Below are positions 26,076-37,170 of a stretch of DNA of 64,000 bases, in pieces. This stretch comes from Mobula hypostoma (taxonomy: Eukaryota), in NCBI RefSeq assembly GCF_963921235.1, contig NC_086097.1:66032001-66096000 (forward strand), written 5' to 3'. Below the pieces are notes generated by a model, which saw only the letters and a program-made list of their open reading frames with translations, had not been told where the DNA came from and made no database searches. Position numbers and translations under genes: made by a program. Position 1 is the stretch's first letter. Each line of letters begins with the position of its first letter.

Positions 26076-27424
26076 TCATAGAGAGATACTACACGGAAGG
26101 AGGACGAAACATACAGTTCTACAGCGTGGAAACAGGCCATAACATAGAGTTAAACAACATGGAATCAGGCCGAAACATAGAGTCATAAAGTGTGGAAACA
26201 GGCCGTAACATAGAGTTATACAGCGTGGAAATAGGCCGTTACGTAGAGATATACAACACAGAAACAGGCCATAATATAGAGTTCTGCAGCGTGGAAACAG
26301 GCTGTAACGTAAAGTTATACAGCGAGGAAACAGGCCGTAATATAGAGTTATACAGCGAGGAAACAGCCCGTAACGTAGATTTATACAGCTTGGAAACAGG
26401 CCGTAACGTAAAGTTATACAACACAGAAACAGGCCGTAACATAGTGTTATAAAACACGGAAACAGGCCGTAACATACAGTTATACAGCGAGGAAACAGCC
26501 CGTAATGTAGAGTTATACAGCATGGAAAGAGCCCATAATGTAGAGTAGTACAGCATGGAAATAGACTGTAACGTAAAGTTATACAGCGTGGAAACAGGCT
26601 GTAACGGAGAGTTATACAACACGGAAACAGGCCGTAACATAGAGTTATAAAACACGGAAACAGGCCGTTATGTAGAGATATACAGCATGGAAAGAGGCCG
26701 TAACATAGAGTTGTACAGCATGGAAACAGGCCATAACATACAGTTATACAGCATGGAAACAGGCCATAACATAGAGTTGTACAACACGGAAACAGGCCGT
26801 AACATAGAGTTCTACAACATGGAGACAGGCTGTAACATAGAGTTATACAGCATGGAAACAGGCTGTAACGTAAAGTTATATGGCGAGGAAACAGCCCGTA
26901 ACAGATATACAGCGTGGAAAGAGGCCGTAACATAGTGTTGTACAGCATGGAAACAGGCCGTAACATAGAGTTACAAAACACGGAAACAGGCCGTAAGATA
27001 GAGTTCTACAACACTGAAACAGGCTGTAACATAGTTATACAGCATGGAAACAGGCTGTAACTTAAAGTTATACAGCGAGGAAACAGGCCGTAACATAGAG
27101 TTATACAGCGTGGAAACAGGCCGTAACGTAGAGTTATACAGCATGGAAACAGGCCATAATGTAGAGTTCTACAACACTGAAACAGGCCATAACATAGAGT
27201 TATACAGCGTGGAAACAGGCCGTAACATAGAGTTATAAAACATGGAAACAGGCCGTAACATAGAGTTCTACAACACTGAAACAGGCCGTAACATACTTAT
27301 ACAGCATGGAAACAGGCTGTAATGTAAAGTTATACAGCAAGGAAACAGGCCATAATGTAGAGTTATACAACACGGAAACAGGCCGTAACATAGAGTTATG
27401 CAGCGTGGAAACAGGCCGTAACAT
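26076..27424. repeat. 33-bp minisatellite (about 40 units, AACATAGAGTTATACAGCGTGGAAACAGGCCGT)
   Basis: Direct tandem periodicity; gives 11-aa repeats in the ORF track (CITLCYGLFPC). Two further units resume at 28974-29035. Confidence 0.95.
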
Positions 27425-28973
27425 TGTCATGGTCCGGTCCATGGACTCAGGACTCCGGGTCTTCCAGCTGTCCCTTGTTTGACTAAATCAAAAGCACCTG
27501 ATTCCCATCTTGAGGCTTGGAATATAAGTAGCCTCAGGGTTGAGTGTGGGCTGCTGGTTTGTCTTGTCAGTCCCGCTTGGAGCACACTGCTGATGGAAGG
27601 CTAGTAAACCATTTGTGATCTCTAGGCCTGGTTGGAGGACCACTGCTTCAAGGAGCCTTGTTGTCACTCATTGGAGTGGTCTTTGTGGTATGGATTCGGC
27701 TGTTTCCCGGGCCAGCTGAGGTTGCTGGCTGAACTGAGACTCAGAGCTTCCCCGGAGCAGACATGGAACTGTCTGTCGTCCTTTGGTGTTTGTCTCTTCT
27801 TGTCCTTGCCTCTGTGGGGTAAGACAGGCTGTTTTTCTGTTGCCCTGTGGGGGACCTGTCTTGTCTTGTCCTTGCCTCTGTTGGGTAAGTCCTACTGTTC
27901 TGTCATTACCTGATGGAAAGACTTGTCCCACCTTGGTGTGGAGATGAAGTTGAGTCCCAGCTTGTCATAGGATAATTCCCGGCTCTATGTCTATGTTCTG
28001 TCCCGTCTCATGTTAGTGTTGTTAAAGATGAGTCCTGGCTTGTTGAAGGATAAGTCCCGGCTCTATGTTGATGTTCAGTTCCCAGTCTGCCTCTCAGCTC
28101 CAGTCTCTGAGTTATCAGCCTCCACATTCCAAGATGAAGATCCCAAGCCAAGCTCAAGACCCAAGACCCCAAGCCTCGAGGATCCCAAGCCAAGCTCAAG
28201 ACCCAAGACCCCAAGCCTCGAGGATCCCAAGCCAAGCTCAAGACCCAAGACCCCAAGCCTTGAGGATCCCAAGCCAAGCTCAAGACCCAAGACCCCAAGC
28301 CTCGAGGATCCCAAGCCAAGCTCAAGACCCAAGACCCCAAGCCTCGAGGATCCCAAGCCAAGCTCAAGACCCAAGACCCCAAGCCTCGAGGATCCCAAGC
28401 CAAGCTCAAGACCCAAGACCCCAAGCCTCGAGGATCCCAAGCCAAGCTCAAGACCCAAGACCCCAAGCCTCGAGGATCCCAAGCCAAGCTCAAGGCCCAA
28501 GACCCAAGCATTGAGGATCCCAAGCCAAGCTCAGGACCCAAGACCCCAGCCTCAAGCTATGTCATGTCCTTGCCTGGTTCTGGGGTCCAAGCCCGAGGCA
28601 AGAACCAGGTTCTGGGTCCTTGTCTGGTCTCGGGCTCGGAGTCCGAGCCTCGTCTTGTCTCCAAGCTCAGGCCTCTAGACCCCAGCCACATCCTGTCCTG
28701 AAGCCATATCATGTCCTTGCCTGGTGCCAGGGTCTGGGCCCGAGGCAAGACCCAGGTGCTGGGTCCTTGTCAAGTCTCGGGCTCAGAGTCCAAGCCTTGT
28801 CTCCTAGTCCATGGTTCCTAGTCCTGGTCCTGCTTTCCCTAGCCCAACTCTGCGTTCTTGTCCCTGCTCCTTGCCTGAATCCTGTCATGTTCCGACTCTA
28901 GTCAAGTCCTGTTCCTTGTACTTCAGTGTCAGTGTCTTGCATTTGGGTCTGTTTCCAGCACCCTATTGTGACA
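27425..28973 (+). mobile_element. Solo-LTR-like element (1549 bp), TGTCA...TGACA ends, 5-bp TSD AACAT
   Basis: AACAT (27420-27424) | TGTCATGG ... TTGTGACA | AACAT (28974-28978). TATA-like aatataag near 27521; no coding domain. Orientation is inferred. Confidence 0.8.
28135..28556. repeat. 42-bp VNTR inside the LTR-like element (about 10 units, GAGGATCCCAAGCCAAGCTCAAGACCCAAGACCCCAAGCCTC)
   Basis: Near-perfect tandem copies; gives EDPKPSSRPKTPSL repeats in the ORF track. Confidence 0.95.
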
Positions 28974-29480
28974 AACATAGTTATGCAGCGTGGAAACAGG
29001 CCGTAACATAGAGTTATACAACGTGGAAACAGGTCGTTCGATCCAATTCGTCCTTTTGGCTTTGTTCTCAGCGAGTTAGACCCATCTGCATACGCTCGAC
29101 CCATAGCCCTCTGAATGTTTGCTATCCACGTCCTTATCTCGATGGCTTTAAAATGGATGCTAAGTTGTCTGTCTCAACCACAATTTCAGGCAGCTCATTC
29201 CAAATATGCACCACTGTTTGTGAAGAAGCTTGTTTAAATACCCCGCCTCTGATTTTAACCCCGCCGCCCCCCCCCCCCGTTTTCAGCACGTTTATTCAGC
29301 GAAAAGGGGTCTGCTGTTTCACTCAGTCTACGCTCCTCATCATCTTCATCCCTCCAGGGTAGGGTCCCCCCTCCCCCCCCCACTCTCCTGCATTCTAGGG
29401 AATGAAATAACGCAACCTTTCCTTGTAATTTAGGACCCCAAATTCAGGCAACATCCTGGTTAATTTATCCCGCACGGCAC
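28974..29480 (-). mobile_element. CR1 LINE 3' fragment, antisense, contiguous with the 33-bp minisatellite
   Basis: ...ggaaacaggtcgttcgatccaa...ccatagccctct...ggcagctcattccaaatatgcaccactgtttgtgaagaag...caggcaacatcctggt is the reverse complement of the CR1 3' UTR and ORF2 end (compare 55-480 and 33100-33440). Confidence 0.7.
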
Positions 29481-30984
29481 TAATTTCAAGCGAAGAATAC
29501 TATTTTACTTCACACCAGCAACATTAACGGCAATTTTACCGGGCCAGGATGAACGCTGAGCATCTCGGAGAGAAGCGAGCTCTCGGAGCCGAATACCCGA
29601 TTCTTGCTCCCAATTCCTAAATTCGTGTTATTAGTTTAACGACGCACTCCGCGATTATTCTACAACATGGTAACTGGATGAAATTCAATGCAGATTGTAC
29701 AGAAGGATTATTTTGAAAGTGGCATACAAAACCAAAAGGACAAAAAGTAACATGCAAAATTGAATTCTGACCCGCGTCCACGATGTAATTATTGGTCGTA
29801 TTTGTCAGCCTACGTCGGCTTTCAGTTATGTGCGCTGGGAATTGCCGAGGCTTTGAACAGTCTTTTATTTCTTTACTGGACTGTTGTTTAGCACAGTCAA
29901 TACTTTTCTCTTAAATCCCGCCATCAGAGATAGTCGTTTCCGGTCTCCCCCCCCCCCCCCGGCTACTCTGGACTTCGCCTTGGAACATTAATTTGGTTTT
30001 TCTCTTCAAAGAATCCGGCGGACATTTCTCGTATTTCCGGTTGTGATTTGGACCTCCCGTTTCCACATTTATGTTTTGGATCTTGGCTGTTTATGTCCCG
30101 GTGTCTGTAAGCCAAGTAAAAATAATATTTCGTAGAAACTAAACATTTCAAATAATCATATTATGAGAAAGTCAACATATAATATGGTTTCAGATAATAC
30201 TTTAACGTAAAGATTTCGTGAACGAAAGTGTGTACGGAAACTCTGAACCAGTTTGTAACGTGGAATAAAATGCCATCTAGTGAACTATTAAGTTATCAAA
30301 TTGGTTCAAAGGATGTCTCTGTTCCAGGTGAATAATAAGGATCACCTCACAGGCTGAAGCATAATATTAGATTTTTAAAAAGTTAGATTTTGGAGATTAA
30401 TGTATAAAGGCACCAACAAATTTGCAATGTTGGCAGATTTAAATCCCTATTTTCAGTGAATTTTTGTGTTCTACTTAGGCACTGTAAATTATCAGCTTAA
30501 ATATTTATTAATTACACAAAACAAAACTATGCATGAAAGCCAGCAAGCTACAATTCATGGAAATCGAAAATACTGGAATGATTTGATCATCTGCAGCAAA
30601 AGAAAATCTGATTTGATAACCTACAGCAACAAAAATGCTCTCAGTAAAAATGAACACCAACCGTTGTAAAACCCAAAAACAGCTGAGCCTGAAAGGTTCC
30701 AGAGATGGTATGAAGCCCATTTGAGGCAAGGGGCAGTATATTAGATCTCTTCTCCGAGCATTTTATTGCCATTTTCTTCAGCGATACTCACTTGCTGTAA
30801 TCTGGTTCCACTAACGGTGTGTGCCCTCTGATACCTTGGTTTGTGATCAGTAACCTTGAAATGATTGTTGATAAGCCATTCAGTTATTAGAGAGAGTTTT
30901 CAGTCATTCTACAATATAGACTTCAAAGACTGCTAGATAGCAATCAAGAACAGAACTTATAGATGGAAGATGGAACTTATGGGT

Positions 30985-33462
30985 GGAAGTCAGGAACAGG
31001 AAGGGAACAGTTACTCTATTGGGAGTATTCTATAGGCCCCCTGGTAGCAGCAGAGATACCAAGGAGCAGATTGGGAGGCAGATTTTGGAAAGGTGCAAAA
31101 ATAACAGGGTTGTTATCATGGGTGACTTTAACTTCCCTAATATTGATTGGCACCCGATTAGTTCCAAGGGTTTAGACGGGGCAGAGTTTGTTAGTTGTGT
31201 CCAAGATGTTGACAGGCCGACTAGGGGGAATATCATACCAGATCTAGTATTAGGTAATGAACCGGGTTAGGTCACAGATCAGTGGGTGACCATCTGGGGG
31301 ACAGTGACCACCGCTCCCTGGCCTTTAGCATTATCATGGAAAAGGATAGAATCGGAGAGGACAGGAAAATTTTTAATTGAGGAAGGGCAAATTATGAGGC
31401 TATAAGGCTAGAACTTGTGGGTGTGAATTGGGATCATGTTTTTGCAGGGAAATGTACTATGGACATGTGGTTGATGTTTAGGGATCTCTTGCAGGATGTT
31501 AGGCATAAATTTGTCCCAGTGAGGAAGATAAAGAATGGTAGGGTGAAGGAACCATGGGTGACAAGTGAGATGGAAAATCTAGTCAGGTGGAAGAAGGCAG
31601 CATACATGAGGTTTTAGGAAGCAAGGATCAGATGGGTCTATTGAGGAATATAGGGTAGCAAGAAAGGAGCTTAAGAAGAGACTAAGAAGAGCAAGAAGGG
31701 GGCATGAGAAGGCCTTGGCAAGTAGGGTAAAGGAAAACCCCAAGGAATTCTTCAATTATGTGAAGAACAAAAGGATGACAGGAGTGAAGGTAGGACCGAT
31801 TAGAGATAAAGGTGGGAAGATGTGCCTGAAGGCTGTGGAAGTGAGTGAGGTCCTCAATGAATACTTCTCTTCGGTGTTTACTAATGAGAGGGAATTTGAT
31901 GATGGTGAGGACAATATGAGTGAGGTTGATGTTCTTGAGCATGTTGATATTAAGGGAGAGGAGGTGTTGGTGTTGGAGTTGTTAAAATACATCAGGACGG
32001 ATAAGTCCCTGGGACCTGATGGAATATTCCCCAGGCTGCTCCACAAGGTGAGGGAAGAGATTGCTGAGCCTCTGGCTAGGATCTTTATGTCGTTGTTGTC
32101 CACGGGAATGGTACCGGAGGATTGGAGGGAGGTGAATGTTGTCCCCTTGTTCAAAAAAGGTAGTAGGGATAGTCCGGGTAATTATAGACCAGTGAGCCTT
32201 ATGTCTGTGGTGGGAAAGCTGTTGGAAAAGATTCTTAGAGATAGGATCTGTGGGCATTTAGAGAATCATGGTCTGATCAGGGACAGTCAGCATGGCTTTG
32301 TGAAGGGCAGATCGTGTTTAACAAGCCTGATAGAGTTCTTTGAGGAGGTGACCAGGCAGATAGATAAGGGTAATGCAGTGGATGTGATCTACATGGATTT
32401 TAGTAAGGCATTTGACAAGGTTCCACATGGTAGGGTTATTCTGAAAGTCAGAAGGCATGGGATCCAGGGAAGTTTGGCCAGGTTGATTCAGAATTGGCTT
32501 GCCTGCAGAAAGCAGAGGGTCGTGGTGGAGGGAGTACCTTCGGATTGGAGGGTTGTGACTAGTGGTGTCCCACAGGATCGGTTCTGGGACCTCTACTTTT
32601 CGTGATTTTTTTTTATTAACGGCCTGGATGTGCGGGTAGAAGGGTGGGTTGGCAAGTTTGCAGATGACACAAATGTTGGTGGTGTTGTAGATAGTGTAGA
32701 GGATTGTTGAAGATTGCAGAGAGACATTGATAGGATGCAGAAGTGGGCTGAGAAGTGGAAGATGGAGTTCAACCCGGAGAAGTGTGAGGTGGTACACTTT
32801 GGAAGGACAAACTCCAAGGCAGAGTACAAAGTAAATGGCAGGATACTTGGTAGTGTGGAGGAGCAGAGGGATCTCGGGGTACATGTCCACAGATCCCTGA
32901 AAGTTGCCTCACAGGTAGATAGGGTACTTAAGAAAGCTTACGGGGTGTTAGTTTTCATAAGTCGAGGGACAGAGTTTAAGAGTCGCGATGTAATGATGCA
33001 GCTCTATCAAACTCTGGTTAGGCCACACTTGGAGTACTGTGTCCAGTTCTGGTTACCTCACTATAGGAAGGATGTGGAAGCATTGGGAAGGGTACAGAGG
33101 AGATTTACCAAGATGCTGCCTGGTTTAGAAAGTATGCATTATGATCAGAGATTAAGGGAGCTAGGGCTTTACTCTTTGGAGAGGAGGAGGATGAGAGGAG
33201 ACATGATAGAGGTGTACAAGATAATAAGAGGAATAGATAGAGTGGATAGCCAGCGCCTCTTCCCCAGGGCACCACTGCTCAATACAAGAGGACATGGCTT
33301 TAAGGTAAGGGGTGGGAAGTTCAAGGGGGATATTAGAGGAAGTGTTTTTACTCAGAGAGTGGTTGGTGCGTGGGATGCACTGCCTGAGTCAGTGGTGGAA
33401 GCAGATACACTAGTGAAATTTAAGAGACTACTGGACAGGTATATGGAGGAATTTAAGTTGGG
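30985..33462 (+). mobile_element. CR1 LINE ORF2 (APE endonuclease plus reverse transcriptase), 5'-truncated and disrupted
   Basis: APE motifs GVFYRPP, MGDFNFP and GDSDH. RT motifs NYRPVSL, QHGF, YMDFSKAFDKV, GVPQ and FADDT. C-terminus LVRPHLEYCVQFW...TRGHGFK. Several stops and frameshifts; the 3' UTR tail is missing at the junction with the next element. Confidence 0.93.
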
Positions 33463-36400
33463 CTGTGTACATACATCTATTGATGCTTCTGGACACATCT
33501 TCAGTGATGTTCCTGGAATCGTCGGGTGTTTCGGGTCTTTCAACATCATACAACCTCCTCCAGTTGACCCAGCCGGGGCTGATCAGACCCCAGCTTGTGT
33601 CCAGATGGCTAGCTACTTATGACTCCATGGCTCCCCTCTTTTGAGCCACAGCCATCTTGAGGCCCTCTCTGCCACATCGGTGGTCCTCTTCCTCTCTCCC
33701 TTGATGCCCAAAATGCTGAAGGCTCAAACTAAAGAACGGGCTACGAATGCCCTACAACCAACCTCCACTGGGAGACACCTCGCTCTCCATCCAGCCTGCT
33801 GACAGTTGCTGACCAGTCCTGTGTACTTGGAGAGCTTCCTTTCAAAGGCCTCTTCCAAGCTAACTTCCCATGGGACTGTCAGCTCCAGCAGCACCACTTG
33901 CTTAGTAGACTCAGACACTAGGACAATGTCTGGTCACAGGGTGGTGGCTGCGATATGGTTAGGGAACTTCAGCTGCCCTTCGAGGTCCACCAACAGCTGC
34001 CAGTCCCTTGCAGAGGTCAGGATGCCTGCAGATGTTCTTCTGGCAGGTATTGGCTGCTCCCCGGCTCTGACAAAGGCAATGGTCTGCTTGGAGGGTCGGG
34101 ACCGCTTCGCCCACTCAACTCCTGCGCTGACGGCTTCAGCAATGGTCTTCAGGACCTGATCATGCCTCCACCTGTACCTTCCCTCACCAAGTGCCCTAGC
34201 ACAGCCGCTGAGGATGTGCTCCAGGGTTCCTTGCTTGGAGCACAGTGGGCACGCAGATGACTCTGCCTTGCCCCATGTGTGCAGGTTTGATGGGCTTGGA
34301 AGCACATCGTACACTGCCTGGATGAGAAATTGGATGCGGTGTGGTTCGGCTTTCCAAAGATCAGCCCAGGTCACTTTCCTCTCAACTGCATTCTCCCATC
34401 TTGTCCAAGCTCCCTGTTGCTTCATTCCCACCGCCTTGCAGGCTCTGATCTCCTCCACTACTGCTCTCACCTCCTCCTGAACTAGACAATGCCTTTTCTT
34501 CCCTCTGGTGTCCATTTGGGGAGTTGGAAAGGAGCCTAGCCCAGCTTGGCCTTGTGTGACCACTCCCGCCAGCCTCCTGTGACACAGCCTCACCTCTGCC
34601 TCCTGAACAGCTTCCTCTGCCCTTCACTTCCTGCCAGTACTTACTTGGATCCCTGCTCTAGCCACCTTCGGGTCACTTGAGTCCCTATACTGTAGCACTT
34701 CTCTGGCTCTTGTTACCTTGAATTCTTCCTCCAAGGATTTGAAGGGCAGTTGCAGTTTGTTGTGGTGTCCGTAGAGTGCGATGCTGCTCAGGCTCTTTGG
34801 CAGCCCCAGCCATCTCCTGAGGTGGTTGCTAACCCTCCTCTCTAAGGTTTTGACTGTCGAGATCGGAACTGCATAGACGAGGAGGGGCCACAAGATTCTG
34901 GGAAGAATGCCATGCTGATACACCCAGGCTTTAAACTTCCCAGGTAGGCCAGATTTGTCCACAGATTTCAGCCAGCCATCCAACTCGGTGCAGGTCACTT
35001 GGATGGATGTTGTGTCCCTTAAAGAGCTGTCAAAAACTTTGCCTAAGCTCTTGACTGGCTTTTCTGTGATGGTTGGGATGGCTGTGCCTGCGATGCTGAA
35101 CCGGAACTTGTTCTCCACCTTCCCTTTCCTCAGCACCATCGATCTTGATTTGGCTGGTTTGAAACGCATCCGGGCCCACTCCACCAGCTTTTCAAGCCCT
35201 TGCAGAATCCTCCGGCAGCCTGGGATTGATTCTGTGGTGACTGTGAGGTCATCCATGAATGCCCTGATAGGTGGTTGCCGTTGAGCGGAATTCATTCTGG
35301 GCCCTCTGCACTCTGGTTCAGCAGACTTAGTGAGCATGTTCATGGCTAGGGAGAACAGTGTCACTGAGATAGTGCACCCTGTGATGATGCCGACCTCCAC
35401 CTTGTGCCAGGTTGGTGTAATTGCTCCTGAGGAGACCCTCATCATGAAGTTGCTGTAATAATCAGCGATAAGGTCTCTGATTCTGCTGGGGATGTAATAT
35501 TTGGTCAGTGTGAGCTGCACCAGCTTGTGCGGAATGGAGCCATATACATTTGCCAGGTCGAGCCACAACACTGACAGGTTGCCCTTGTTCTCTTTGGCCT
35601 CCCTGATGAGCTGTGTCACCACACCGATGTGCTCCAGACAGCCGACATCCCTGAAATGCCACCCTTCTGGACCGATGTATCAATATAGGTGTTCTTTGCT
35701 AGGGAGGTGCACAGCCGGTTAGAAACAGCACTGGAGAAGATCTTCACCTCGACACACAGCAGGGAGATGATGCGAAACTGATCTATCTGGGTGGCATTTT
35801 CCTACTTCGGGATCCACACCCCTTCAGCCACTCCCCACTGCTCTGGGTTCTTCCCCCTTCTCCAGAAGATTCTCAGGATCTTCCACAGACGCAGCAGGAG
35901 TTTGGGGCAGTTCTTGTACACTTTGTACAAGGTGTTGCTTGGTCCTGGAGCCGAGCTTGCCCTTGCTTTGCGGACAACCTCTCTGACTTCCTTTAGTTGC
36001 AGCTCTGACATGTCGAACTGCACATCCGGTTCAGGGGGGTCTATTAGGATGTCGCACTCTCCCAACTCCTGCTCTCTTTCAGGATCATTATATATCTTCC
36101 TCAGATGTTGGTCTATGTCTTCCTGCAAACAGGCCAGTTTCCCACTGCACTTCTCCCCCAGCAACTCCTTGGTGAACTTGAAGGGGTTGGTGATAAAGGC
36201 AGCACGTTTTCGAGCCCTTTCACGACGCCGCCTCCAATGCCACTCTGCCCGGCGGAGGACCCTGATCTTCTTTCGTAGTATGCACATCAGCTGGGCCAAG
36301 CCAATGCGCTCCTCTTCTCCTGCCTCCTCATATTGGGAATTCAGTGCTTTCATCTCCTGCCTGATGTTGTGGATCCTCAATGCTCTTTGGTTCTTCGAGT

Positions 36401-36791
36401 AAGATGCTTTAGAGCCTTCCTTCTCCTCTTCTCCGAACCGTTCAGCTGTGATACTGACAATAATTGTTGTCGTGGCTTACAGCTTCCTATCAACCCCTCC
36501 CTTCACTGTTGCCTCCAGAATTTGGTTAACATCTTCATCAAACTGCTTCCATAGTAAAGTCATGTTCGCTGCAGGCTATTTGATCCGCCTCCTGTTAGAC
36601 TTCACGTTCGAGGGATTAGTTTACAACACTTGGAGGTTCTGGGCACTATGGGGTGACTCCGGGCCTGGCCCCTCCTTCGTCTCACCAGGTTGGACACCTG
36701 TGCGTTGTGCTGCTCCTGCTCCCGCCAAACACTTCATCCTCGCTTGGTGGATCTTCAAGCCGCGATCATTCTTACAGATTTTGCCACATGC
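33463..36791 (-). mobile_element. RLE-type non-LTR retrotransposon (HERO-like clade), disrupted single ORF
   Basis: N-terminal zinc finger CGKICKNDRGLKIHQARMKC. RT motifs SAPGP, WLDLANVYGSIPH, GIITGCTIS and AFMDDL. CCHC knuckle CPLCSKQGTLEHILSGC followed by RWRHDQVL. RLE motif (R>*)PDIVLVSESTKQVVLLELTVPWE. Ends SRWLWLKRGEPWSHK* at 33613, then a 150-nt 3' UTR. Confidence 0.88.
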
Positions 36792-37170
36792 TGTCATAAG
36801 GGCGGTAGCTGGGAACGGACCCAAGTGCAAGACACAGACACTGAAGTACTAGGGACAGGACTAGGATACAAGGACATGGACAGGAAAACCAGGAACATGG
36901 AACAGGACTGAACAAGAGAGCTAGGAGCCCGGGCTTGGACTCAGAGCCAGAGACTGGACAAGGACCCAGTACCCGGGTCTTCCCTCTGGCTCGGACCCCA
37001 GAACTAGGCAAGGACGAGGCTTGGCTGGCACGCAGGACGAGGCTGGAGTCTTCAGGCCAGAAGTTAGAGGCTGGAGAATTGGCTTGGCTTGGCAAGGGGC
37101 TTGAGGCTAGAGGCTTGGCTTGGCTAGAGGCTAGAGGCTGGACTCTACAGGCTCAAGGCAAGGCAAGAGG
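36792..37170 (-). mobile_element. Terminal portion of a second LTR-like element, related to 27425-28973 and inverted
   Basis: The reverse complement ends tacttcagtgtctgtgtcttgcacttgggtccgttcccagctaccgcccttatgaca, versus tacttcagtgtcagtgtcttgcatttgggtctgtttccagcaccctattgtgaca in copy 1. Both copies also share tccttgcct(a/g)gttctggggtcc(g/a)agcc...ctgggtccttgtc. Confidence 0.85.

Noticed and set aside
26076..27424. CRISPR-like array, or a 301-aa Cys-rich protein
   Set aside because: Units are head-to-tail with no unique spacers, there are no cas genes and the context is vertebrate. The ORF is a by-product of a 33-bp (3n) repeat.
28008..28678. Repetitive proteins (EDPKPSSRPKTPSL etc.)
   Set aside because: Open in several frames on both strands because the unit is 42 bp; lies within a non-coding LTR-like element.
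33470..33612. Hammerhead ribozyme in the HERO-like 3' UTR
   Set aside because: CTGAAGA and GAAAC are present, but the stem following CTGAAGA pairs with a strand that is followed by AG rather than GAAA, and no stem III with NUH forms.
33463..33622. C-terminal extension of the 302-aa CR1 ORF (GCVHTSIDASG...)
   Set aside because: Read-through from the truncated CR1 into the antisense 3' UTR of the neighbouring element, not a real fusion domain.
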